Positions 52,831 through 64,000 of a DNA stretch of 64,000 bases are shown piece by piece (the first letter of the stretch is position 1; each line of letters starts with the position of its first letter). The translations under genes and the position numbers were made by a program. The notes under the pieces were generated by a model that had not been told where the DNA came from, ran no database searches, and was given only the letters and a program-made list of their open reading frames with translations. The DNA is from Kondoa subrosea (taxonomy: Eukaryota), in the NCBI GenBank assembly GCA_039545335.1, contig BCIN01000004.1:124001-188000 (forward strand). The letters run 5' to 3'.

Positions 52831-53588
52831 ATGTTGCTGCTCATCACTTCTCTGTATTGCGTCACTAGTTTCGTGGCTTCCTCTGCGATCTCTTCGTCAA
52901 ATCTATCGAGCAACAGCAACTTTGGTAGTTCTCTGCCCGCACCCGCTCTTTCTTTCTTGTACGAAATGTACGCTGAAGTCTCTCAACCTATTGATATTCG
53001 CAATACCTCTCGTGGTGATCGTGAAATCTATGCTTTGGTCGGTGGAGTATTCTCGGGTCCTCGTATCTCTGGTAAGCTCTTTCTCTTCCTCCGCTATACT
53101 TCTACTCAACAGTCTGCTTAAAGGCACTGTCAGGAATCTCGGAGCAGATTGGGGATTACGAAGAGAGGGTTTCTCGTTTTACCCTGATACCCGGTATGGG
53201 CTTATCGCCTCGAATGGTGAAGACATCTACATTCAAACAAAAGGTTCTTTCCAACCTTCTGGGCCTGCCCATCTGGTTGGTTTCTTCGAAAGTAGCAGAG
53301 ACGGGGAATACGGTTGGTTGAACGATCTTACCGGTCAGTTCATTCTCTAGTCAGAATTGCTCACACTGAGATCATTCCATTCTAGCTTACGGATTGATTG
53401 AGCCTGGCAAGACGGATCCAAGCGTCTACACAGCGAAAGATCCCAAGAATCGACTACTGAGGATCAGATTTTGGTATGTCAGTACTGTTCTCGCACACTT
53501 TCCGCGATCAGTAGCTAATGCAAGCTATAGTGGGAAGCTCAGAAGTAAAATCACTGTACTTAGCTATGTACTCAGTAGCATTACGTAA
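52831..53588 (+). CDS. DUF3237 (UPF0311-like) beta-barrel protein (ends approximate)
   Basis: RGDREIYALVGGVFSGPRISG|TVRNLGADWG, DTRYGLIASNGEDIYIQTKG, FES....YGWLND. Confidence 0.75.
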
Positions 53589-53636
53589 TCATGTCATGCA
53601 TTTTCAATCTACCATGATTCTCCTTCTTTCCAAGCC

Positions 53637-54406
53637 ATGTCTGCTGCATTTTACGTTCGTCACGCACAGGATACAGATGCAGACATCTCGGATATCGTCA
53701 GACTGAGTCAGTGTCGTCCGGGTCGCAAAGCGTTTCCTGATTTTCACCTTCTGCACTGCAGTCAAGGTCAGCTAATTTGTGTGGTGATCGCAATGCATTT
53801 CAAATTCTTCAGACTAGGAGCTAGCGATCTACGAGAAAGATCCTGATTCAGCTAAAGCTACACCTGAATTGATCCGACAGAACTTATTCAAAGAAGGTCA
53901 TGTAGCTAATTCATTGCTGGCTTTCGATGGACCGGAAGGGACTCAAGGAAAAGCGATCGGAATGGCCTTGTACTTCTTCAGTCAGTCTCGGTTCTGTGGG
54001 TCGAGATATTGGCACTTAAGGTGTAATTCAGACTTCTCAACTTGGACTGGAAAACCTGGTCTATACTTAGAAGATGCTTTTGTGGAAGAGAGTCATCGGG
54101 CGAAAGGGATAGGTAAAGCACTTTTCCGGGAGCTAGGCATCATCGCGAAGCAGAAGTAAGTAGAGCTTCAGACAGTTTGACTATGCTCAAGTGGTGTCTA
54201 GGGGATGTGCAAGAATGGAATGGGTTGGTACGTCTTATGCTCCGTACTTCTATTGATTGCTTTCGCTAAGATCTGCTTCGATTTCAGTTATAAGGTGGAA
54301 CAAGCCGTCGATCGATTTCTATGATCGGTTGGGAGCAAAACCAATGAATGAATGGCTAGGCTATAGATTAGAAGGAGAAGCGCTAGCAAATCTAGAGAAG
54401 CTGTAA
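53637..54406 (+). CDS. GNAT diamine N-acetyltransferase-like (SSAT/ats1 type)
   Basis: ELAIYEK, GMALYFF, FSTWTGKPGLYLEDAFV..HRAKGIGKAL, RMEW, WNKPSIDFYDRLGA. Confidence 0.9.
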
Positions 54407-54471
54407 CCCATGTGCATTTTCAAGTGTTACAACAATGTGCTCTATCTACAATCTTCCGATATACAGGCACA

Positions 54472-55778
54472 TCACCCGACAATCTTCCGCAAATCTCCTG
54501 TACTCGTTGCCAATCCCGTTACAGGACACACGGAATGCTCTGACACATATTTCCAAGCGCACTTATAGCAACACACCCAACCACTAGTTGTCAAGGCAGT
54601 AGCGTTGACTATCTCCAACTTGCAGACCGGACATTGTCCAGCCTTAGGTATTTCTACATCTGGTAAAGGTTTCGATTTGGCTGGTGGTGCTTTTACAGGT
54701 GGAAGGATTTCTGCTGATGAAGACATTCGAGCTGAAGGTCGCAAGGAAGCGGAAGAGTACCACCATTCAAGAAGTTTGAAGAGGAAAATAGATCCTGGTA
54801 AGGCGAAGCGAAGCGATTCAAACAGTGCGTGGGGTAGTCGACGATACCATTCTTTTGGCCATTCTGGATCGACTGATAGATCTAAAGGCGAGACACGCCG
54901 CAATTGTAGCTTCATTAGTTGAAACCAAGGTGTATGGTAAGAAGTCTTGTCAAAGATGAATGCGAGATTGTAGCCTAATTGTACGACTTCGTACGAAAGG
55001 TTGATGTAGGGCCATAGCAGCCGAAACCAATCTTTCAGCTTTGCTTTCCTTCTTTCTGGTGCGGATAACTGACAAAGGAATGTAAGGGAAGGCTTCTTTC
55101 TACGTTCAAGTTTGCTTACATTTGCATAGCGATCCTCCACTTCTTCATCTGCAAAGAGATCTGCTTGCTGGCTACCTCCTAGACTCTCAAATAGATCCTG
55201 AGCTTTTGCTTTCAAATAAGGCACTCCAATCTGCTTCATATGTTCAGACACGACACCCATCAACAGCACGGCAACGCACCAAGAACAGCAGGGAGAGCTG
55301 GATATTCCTTCTGGTCAGCTTCTCTTGTGAAGCCAGACCTGATCCAGTCAGCTGCTGATCTGGTCTTCTGCGCCTTTTGAGATTATAGAAGTGTTCTGCG
55401 AAGGATCCACCTGCAGTCTCTTTAGCTTACGCCTCTAACAGAGGTCACCGTACTCACTCCATGTTCTCAAGTAATGACGCTCGATGCAGTACATGCACAC
55501 CGCGTATAATTCATGATAATTGTTGACCAGACGGAGCAGGTAGCGAGGATGCCTTTGGGCGAAGACCTGCGGGACAAGGGATCAAGAGTATATCATTATA
55601 GCAGATGGATAGACTCACAGAAAGAATGTAACGCAGGACAGGCTGCAGCAGATCCGACAGTTGATCTGTTGCACTTCGTTTCAGCTTGTCTAAGTCGATC
55701 AGTCAAGAAGTATTACGCACTTGTCGCTGCTAACTCGAAGAAGCTCGGGCGAAGATAGTCGTCATTCGTGTCTGCCAT
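54472..55778 (-). CDS. PEX12: Peroxin-12 (Pex2/Pex12 domain plus RING)
   Basis: [65 protein letters not shown]. Confidence 0.92.
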
Positions 55779-55945
55779 GGCTGCACCTGGCCAAGATCAG
55801 CCAGGGGCCGTAGAATCATGTGAAAGTGGTCGAAGTCATGCAAAACAGCAGAATGGTTGATGCTTGCGCTAAATAACACCATACTATGATAATGTACAAT
55901 ATATACAGTCTAATAAATTAAGGAAGATGATTACAGTCAGGATTG

Positions 55946-58679
55946 CTACTCTTTCGATTGGAGAGTTCTAAAATCGCTTGACCTGCATGAGCATTTAGCG
56001 TATAGAAGAACATGTACAGTCGGTCAGCGTACCTTCCGTCTGAAGTATGAGAAGAAGAAAAGCAGAAGGGGAACAGCTTTTTGAAAGCAAGACCGATCAC
56101 ACCGAAAAGGCCTAGGCTGGCTACATGAGATGCTTTGCTCTTCTCAACTTCAACATTGATTGTTGAGCCTTCAAAAGGTATTAGCGAGACATGCGGCGAC
56201 TTGAAGTGTGTAGCATACCATATTTTAGACCCTCAGTGTTGTTTCGTTGATTGATGACACCGTCGCGTGTCACTGCCCTCGTTGTCAGATACGAACAACA
56301 GACAAGTGTAAGAGGAAGACTCGCATCTAGAAAGCACCTCTTCCCTTTCGTCGCCTTGTCTTTCGAGCCATTTCTTCACATACTCCATCATCTTTTCATG
56401 GAATTCGTTACCCTCTACAGCGAAGTAAGGATGATGCATGAATTGGCAGGCTCTCTCTGCTGCATCTTCTGGATCAATGTCGTCGTTGTTCCAGGCTTGT
56501 GTTACAATATCGACCACATGGCGAAACATGCTATAACGGATAATGAGCTCCAATGAGATTCAAGCAGGCATTTGACTGACATCTCTGATAATTTGCCTGC
56601 AGGACCATTCAGAAGATTGGTCTTGTACGAAGATATAAGCTAATTCCTCCAAAACAAACTACTAAGATCCAACTCACAAAGTGATCTTTGGCTAATACCG
56701 AATGCGAAGGGTTCTCGAAGTTCGGATCACTAAATTCTTTGTTCAAATCATGACCTTCAACAACAGCTTGAGATGCAGCCAGTAGTGCTTCTTCGATTTT
56801 CTTGACCAGAGGTGCGATGAGAGGTTCGATTGTCGCGAAAACGAATGTGCTGATCGGACCAGCCTCGTTCTATGTGAAAGAGATAGAGCACTTAGTATTG
56901 TCAACATACATCCGTGTCATCTTACCTTGAGTTTGGCTTTGCCGAATATACCTCTTGCAATCTTGTCGTGTAAAGTGTACAAGCCAACTAGAAGCTTATG
57001 CATCTCTTCTCCATCAAAATCACTTCAATAGAGATCAGACTCTCTCATTCGAATAGCAGCCAAAAATGAAGACTAACATGACTTTCTCCCGAACATTATC
57101 AAGTTTGTGCAGTAAACCAGGATCAGCTTCATCATCGTCTTCCTCTTCGTCCTGATCACCATTATCATCTTTATCGCCCTTCTTCTTGCCCAGCATTTTC
57201 TCGAAGACGGGACGCATGTGATCCACGCTGGTACTCCCCTTCTCCGCTATCTTTTTGCTCGCATCCGTTACACCAACCTGATTGAGCGAATCCATAAGCT
57301 CTCCGAGCATTGAGTGCATCGCATCAGCCCCTGTAAGGTAGAAAACCAGTCAGAAATGCATTGCATTGGAAGCATCGAAGATTTACCTCCAAAAGTTCCC
57401 GTGACGAGCGGCGGCACTCTCTCGCCCTACATTATCGATTAGTGGTTTCTCCACTTGCGTGAAAGCGAGCTTACATTCGGCGCTTCTACACGAACATTTT
57501 CGCCAACACAAGCGAAGACTTCTTTCTGTCCGAGCTTCTGTAGTGCCAGCTAAGGGCAAGCAGAATTAGTACAATTCGTCCGGATTAGTGTAAATTCGTA
57601 CTTCGATAAAGCTAAAAAAAACATTGTCAGCATCGTCTGCGCAGGTGTTAAAATGACTCACTTTGAATGAGCAGGAAAATCTTCCAAGGTATGCAGAGCT
57701 TGACCAAGAAGTCTCAGAGCTTCCCATTCATCTTTCTTGCTATTAACTAAACCATTTCGCCCAAGTTCGATGCATTTGATGATACTCCGCTTGAAGAATC
57801 GCGAAGAAGTATCCCAATCACCAGATTCGTCTGCGATATATCGTTTCATGCCAGTTTTAGGATCCACTTCACATTCTTTTGCAGTTACTGGACCTCGCAA
57901 GCCATCGTAGCCGGATAGCTTTCTTGGATCTGCGCCTTCCGGTTCTCCATCAGGATATCCGAATGCTAAATAGTTTCCAGTAAAGTTCAACACTAGAAGA
58001 TATACCAGGCGAGCACAACATACGGTTATCGATGTGCTCCTCTTGCCTATAACAGCCCAATCTCGCTTCAGTAACTTCAAATTCTCTTGATCCTCTGCTG
58101 AAAGCCAAGAAAGAAGCGACTCCAATAAAATTCGTAATTGGTCCAGGTCCCAATGCTTTCAGAGCCCCAATATCTAGCCCTTGACTCATATCTCTCAAAT
58201 AATTGCCAAAGTAAACCAAGGCAACTTCTTCTTCAGTAAAGACTACATCTTTCTTTTCTGCCAAAGCTGGATCTCTACGGAACTTGCGCTTCATTCGTTC
58301 CGAATAACTAGCAGCTCCTAATGTAGGGTGACGTTTCTTGGGTTTTTGAGCAGCCAATTTTCTAGCGATAGCACCTCCAGCAACGATTTTCGTCAAGCCA
58401 ACAAGACAGAAACTGAGATCGCCATGTCGAACTATCATTACTCATTAGTGCTTCTTCCCCTTTGAGTCCGGTCCCTTTGACTAACAAGCTCGACCTTCCA
58501 GATTCGCAGCGCTGGGAATATTGCCTGTAAGGAACATTAGCGACGTCCAGCACAGAGTAGGACTATTGCACACCTGCGCCAAATGCTTCACAAGTGCTGC
58601 ATTGCGAAAATAGGATGACGCAGAAAAAAACAAAGATATAGTTTGAGGCTGCTTGTAGGGTAGAGGAAGAGATGGACAT
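55946..58679 (-). CDS. Het-C domain protein with signal peptide
   Basis: Spliced N-terminus ...CEAFGAGNIPSAANLEGRAFRHGD, VYFGNYLRDMSQ, RLGCYRQEEHIDN, LRLLGQALHTLEDFPAHS, LVTGTFG, NPSHSVLAKDHF, FMHHP. Confidence 0.88.
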
Positions 58680-59091
58680 GTTGATCCTATATCGCGCTGC
58701 GCAGCTGAACAGCTTTTGCCCTGGTAGCAGGCGCCCGAGTTATTACCGAAGACTCAAGATACCAGCAAGAGGTATCAAATGCCAGTTGATCAGGGTAGTC
58801 TCTTGTCTTGCTTGGGGTATTGTTAAAACACAGATATACAGCTCAGCACGAGAGGACAGTGAGTAGAGAGGTTTAGAGCAAACCAAAAAGGTATCCGCTC
58901 GAGCAGGTCTGACTTTCCGACGTCACTTCCGCACAATTGCGCTTGGCATATTTTCAACAGAATGCACAGGAGTCTGTCTGAACTTGTATGATGTATGTAT
59001 ATACAGTTTCATTTCATTTCACAGTCGTGCAGTAAAAGAGTGGTAACAAGGCCAGCTCCGAACATCCATTTTTCACTGCGACCCACTAGTG

Positions 59092-62000
59092 TTATAATTG
59101 GACACAAAACGACTCGAGCGAACGCACAGAAAGCTCGACAGTTAATCCATCGGCCATCTTAGCTGATTGTAGCAAGACGGTCAAGGTTTGACTGCTTGAG
59201 TTAAAGGTCGAGTTAAGCCTCTTGCCTGATGCTGTAGCTTGTTTCTCGACGTTCTGGTTCAGGAAGACGATTGATTTGATGTAAGCATCATATTCTGCTT
59301 TGCCTTGAACGGTGAACTTGTCTTCAGCGAAGTTGAATTGCAGGTCGGTTGTCTTCTCCTGTTCGAGTGAAACACCATCGTCGATGTAGAGATCGCCAAC
59401 AGCTATTAAACTGTCAGTAAGATCATGGACATGAAAACAAGATCGCTCACCGCTATTGTTCAGTCCAGGTGCAACCAGGATCTCAAAGGCCTTGGTTCGC
59501 AATTCGGTCGTAGTCATAGCAGATTCAGCTCTCATTGGGATGATGCCACCTCCTCGAATATGGACTGGCGATAGAGTCAGCTATGCGACATTGAATGAAT
59601 ATCTGACTTACGCGGAATAGTGGTAAAGTCGATATCAGTCAATGTCAGATTGGCGCCCTTGCCTCGTATAGGTGTATAGGTGTAGAAGTCGTAGAATTGA
59701 CTATCACATTCATCAGCTCCCGGCAAATCACGATCAATGAACGATCAGACGAACTCGTCCGGCAGATATATGTCAACGGTTGTAGAGTTCTCTTCTGTGA
59801 CGGGTGACACAAGAACATAGTAGCCAAAGAAAGCTTGCAGATCTATCTTGGCAGCTTGCATGTCATTAGGGTATTTGTAGAAGACTGGGTTGATGGGTGG
59901 ACTGCCATCGATGCTAGCACGATGAATGGCTGTGTAGAGGTAATCGAGAAGTTGGTAGCGAATCGCGATGCTGATGAGAACAGGTGAGCTAGAGTAAAAG
60001 TGCAACAGTAATCACATACGCCTTGCGGGCTGATTCAGCGACTGTTGGCCATCGGAAGAATTCTTGCGAGATAGATCCATCGTTGTCTATACCATATGTC
60101 AGTATCGGGGTATTTGCTTTATCGAGAGACATACTGTGATTGCGATCTGTTGGCAAATTCAGCTCACCTGCTCATTATCAGATGTCACGAAAGAAAAGCT
60201 TACAGAATGGATAAATCAAGGCTCCGAGAGATGCCCATCGCTGTGTGTCTTCTGAGCACCAGACCTTACTGTACTCTAGAAAAGACTTACAGCACACAGT
60301 GTCTCGGTAGTGTTATCGCCAAAGCCTGAGTACAGAAACACTTTGCTTAGCGGCGTCACTACAAGAAAATAACAGCAAAACTTACCACAAACATCAGCTC
60401 CAACTACAGGTAAGGCGTAGATCGATGCGAAGTTGAGAGCACCTGAAGAGTTCATGAGCCCTGTATTATCGTAGAGCTCGAATAAGATATATACCAGCAA
60501 TAGATAGACGATAATCTGCAGAGGATGATGACAGTGAGAAGTGGTTCGTTTGACACAATCCTGTTAACCTACCTTTCCATTGAGACAAATTGTCACCAAG
60601 CCATTTCTGCGCGTATCGGCCAGCTCCAGCGAATGTTGAGCGAGTAATAACCAGTGTCTAGTGAATTGCATCAGCCTATCAGCCTGTAGGATCTCGCTGA
60701 CAAGTTTTCGCGTACTTTCAAACCAGGTCTTCGAGCAAGCATTGCATTCCTTGAGTTCTCAGACATCATCGTACCGTATCTGATCAAATTGTTAGCGACT
60801 ACTTCTTTTGACAGTGGAGATAGCTGACAAGTTGTGCACATTGTAATCGAGCACTTTACCATAATGGTATAGAGTCACATCAGCAGAATGGTTCGATAAT
60901 CCACCAGCAGCGTTTCTAATGACGAAACCAGGGAATTGATAATCGATTTCTGTCGTGTTTGCAGCTTCCACAATACCACCGCCCAGAGGTTGACTTGCAC
61001 CTGGTGCTTGTCTTCTTTCCAACTCCATGATTTCCAGACCTCTTCTAGTGAGATTGCTTCCAAAGGCAGGCGTTCCAGGCGCGGGTGGTTGAGCTGTTCG
61101 GTTCGGAGGATTTCCAGAAATAACAGCTTGTTCTTGTACGTAAGCCAGAGAATCAACAGGGTTTTCAATCCAGTTGACGAAATTGGCAGGTTCGTTCATA
61201 TCAATCCAAAGTCCATCGATATCGACTCTGTCTTTTGCGAAGAAGCGTGCAAATTCGTTCGTCCAGTAGTCGCCTACATTCGGGTTGAACCAATCTGGGA
61301 AAACAGTTGGTCCAGGCCAGACCACACCGCGGAAGAGTTGACCACTTTGATAATTGAGGAAGATGTTAGCTGCTAGACCACGAGTGTAAGCTGTACTGCC
61401 TGGTGAGTCTGGATCAGAAGATGAAGACGGAGGTCCTTCGTTGCTTGCAACAGCTGGATCTACCATGACGATGTAATGTTGATCGTGTTCGTGTAGATAG
61501 TCGATAACCTCCCGGAGACCTTCAATGGGGAAGTAGCTTGGATCGAGTGTAAACACTTGTCGTCTATCACTTTGATCAACGCACAGTCTGTAAGCAAATA
61601 CAAGCAACTGACCGATACATATAGTCGATATCGGTCCTGAGCGGCTTCATAAGCTCGTGTGACCTTTTTGTCCTAGCAAGAAACTTACCACATGGTCTCA
61701 AGTGGAATCTGAGCATTTGCATAGCCCTTGATTTGATTTGCAACCTGGATCGCCAGGATCAGTACACGCCCAAGTCAGAAAATGGAAACTTACATCAACG
61801 TAACTAGCATAACCATATCTGCATTGGTGGAAACCAAGACCCCAATATGGTACAGTCGCAGGATAGCCAACGGTCGTAGCGTATTGTTTGGCAGTTTCGA
61901 TAGGTGTGCTGCCGGCCAAGAAGTACATGTCGATCACTCCACCCAAAACATTGTATTCGAGGTATTGTAAACCAGCTTCAGTTCGATTGATGTTAATATC

Positions 62001-62746
62001 CATACCATTTGAATTGAGCAAGAAGACACCGTGTGTTCCGGTAGATCGATGTTCGAAATAGACTGGATGACTTCCATACAAATTGCTATCTGTAAACCGA
62101 GCGATCAGTCTCAAAATGCCCACAGATTGGGATTTCTCGCACGAGCTGGCACTCCATATGCATCTCTGTTCCAGAGCGTTCTTGTATAGTTGAAAGTAGG
62201 CAATCTCAATCCATCAGTATGTTCTCCAAGACCATAAATGTTGGTATCGTTTGGCAGAGCAGTTCTGACTCTGAAGTATTGATTCTCAAAGACCAAAGGA
62301 CCAGACAGATCGAAAAGAACTTCACCACTGTCTTTTCTCACGACCGAGAAAGCGAAAGGTGAAGCAGTCCACTTGAACAAGATATTGGGACTGCTAGAAG
62401 AAGAGTCTTCCGGTCGAGGTAATACGAAGTCAGGTACTTCATATCGTTCGTTATCGGCATCATAGATCTTTAAGTGCAGCCGATCATCCGTCTGATACTT
62501 GGCAGATAGCTTGAGATTCTTGATGTCCGCAGAGAATGCGTTGCAAGGTTCGCCATTGAGAGATAAATCCATGGTGATAGAAGTGTTGGATTGCTGGATG
62601 TTGCTAGCGACATATCCAGGGCAGTTATCAGGTTGATAAGTCAGAGGTGAATATTGCGAGTTTGAACTTTGTCGGACCAGTATGTCAGTGACTGGGACAG
62701 CCAGGGCACTGGCGCTCAGTAGCAGTGCGCTCAGAGCGACCTTCAT
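59092..62746 (-). CDS. Secreted glycoside hydrolase family 31 alpha-glucosidase (3' end approximate)
   Basis: Signal peptide, [34 protein letters not shown] nucleophile motif, WLGDN, VGADVCGF. Confidence 0.93.
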
Positions 62747-63013
62747 CTTCCAGAGGGTGTCGAGGTCGGCAGTCAAGAAATGAGCAAACCCCGCAAGTCG
62801 CGCATGTGTGCATCATCATTTTTTTCGAACTAATGATCGGCGAGTTAAGCTAGTTCGAGTCGCAGCACATGAGAAATCCTTGGCTTTTAGTCACTACCGC
62901 TGCCGATACCCACCAGAAGAAGGTTTCCGCTTCTCCTTCATGTATAGCATCAGCTTGAAGTCAATTGGGTTAGCTTGAGAAAGGTGCTTACTCGATCAAT
63001 AGATCTTCCTTAC

Positions 63014-64000
63014 TCACGCAGCTTCTACTGCCTGTTGCAACTTTTGTTCCACTCTCATTCTACTTCTTTCCTCCCTTTCCATCTTTCGCTCCCTTTCTTT
63101 CTGAGCAGTTTCGAATCTAGGTGTCCAGGGACCTTGACTTTCGTCTGACCAGAAATCCATTCTATACCTCGTATCTTTCCTGAAATCGACCGCTTTCCCT
63201 AGAGCTATATTGGCTTCGTATGGCGTTAGAAGAGGTCGAGGAAAAGCGTAGCCCCAGTCGATTGATAATCTTGGACAGGAAGTTTGTACAAAGAGAGAAA
63301 TGTGAGGTGACATGAGGGAAAGTTTGGCTGGTGAGAGTTCAGACAACAGAATGGGTATTGATCGGGAAGGTGGTAAGTTTTGCATAACGTTCTGTAGCAT
63401 TCCTTCAATAAGAAGAACCCTACTGCGAATGGAAGGACGATTACTAACCTGCAAGACCGGTAAACTTCCTTGTCGACCCAATGTACCCAAAACGACTCCC
63501 CAAGTTCCATTATCATCTTCTTTTGCTTTCAAGCTCACTTTGCCATTCTCTATAGCTTCACTTCTCATCTTTCTCATCTCTTCATGTTGATATCCCTCAC
63601 TTGTCAACTTCTTCTCGTATGGATCATAACGGAAAGCTGGCACGGTAGGGTTGGCAATCATGATGCTTTCCAAGTGGAAGCGACCATCGCCAACATAAAG
63701 GATCGCATCTGTATTCTTTGGTAAAGGAGGAGCTGTACACCCTAACACTTCACCAGGCGAAAGTGGTTTGATTTGTGGAACGATGATTTCGATCGTTCGT
63801 CGAGACGAAGAGGAAGTAGAATCTGTCGTGGAATCAGAAGAAGAAGAAGTGATGGCTAGTCTTTGTGGTGCAGCTTCCAACTGCGCGAGATTCGATCCGA
63901 GTGATTGAACGGCTGCTAAGAATTGGACCGTCCCTACACAAGCTATCCTGAATGGTTCGTTCGAGACAAGATTGGCTTCTGGTTGAGTTGCTGGTGAAGA
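63014..64000 (-). CDS. DPH1: Diphthamide biosynthesis protein 1 (5' end outside window)
   Basis: [64 protein letters not shown]. Confidence 0.93.
   Translation of the reverse strand, partial: SSPATQPEANLVSNEPFRIACVGTVQFLAAVQSLGSNLAQLEAAPQRLAITSSSSDSTTDSTSSSSRRTIEIIVPQIKPLSPGEVLGCTAPPLPKNTDAILYVGDGRFHLESIMIANPTVPAFRYDPYEKKLTSEGYQHEEMRKMRSEAIENGKVSLKAKEDDNGTWGVVLGTLGRQGSLPVLQVSNRPSIRSRVLLIEGMLQNVMQNLPPSRSIPILLSELSPAKLSLMSPHISLFVQTSCPRLSIDWGYAFPRPLLTPYEANIALGKAVDFRKDTRYRMDFWSDESQGPWTPRFETAQKERERKMEREERSRMRVEQKLQQAVEAA

Overview
Gene-dense, intron-rich eukaryotic DNA with roughly 45-60 nt GT-AG introns, most likely from a basidiomycete fungus. The six-frame ORF track shows only exon fragments. 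About 24 spliced or intronless protein genes are recognisable: NAPE-PLD-like, DPH6, MGM101, PCI/CSN12-like, BVMO plus esterase, hybrid histidine kinase, two GNATs, APC1, DAHP synthase, GAA1, MET22, eIF3L, a bacterial-type P450 plus MFS transporter, two tandem fucosyltransferase-like genes, GT8, a Zn2Cys6 TF, carboxylesterase, DUF3237, PEX12, Het-C, GH31 and DPH1. The stand-out locus is 17.4-20.4 kb. It holds a tRNA-Ser(UGA) gene (20228-20382) with a normal anticodon intron and a second 58-nt insert in the T-stem that looks like a spliceosomal GT-AG intron; the cloverleaf only closes when that insert is removed. Immediately upstream, head-to-head with the tRNA, lie a 5'-truncated L1/Tx1-type non-LTR retrotransposon and a short polyadenylated copy of its structured 3' UTR, which suggests tRNA-gene-targeted retrotransposition. 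Gene ends were assembled by eye and several are approximate.
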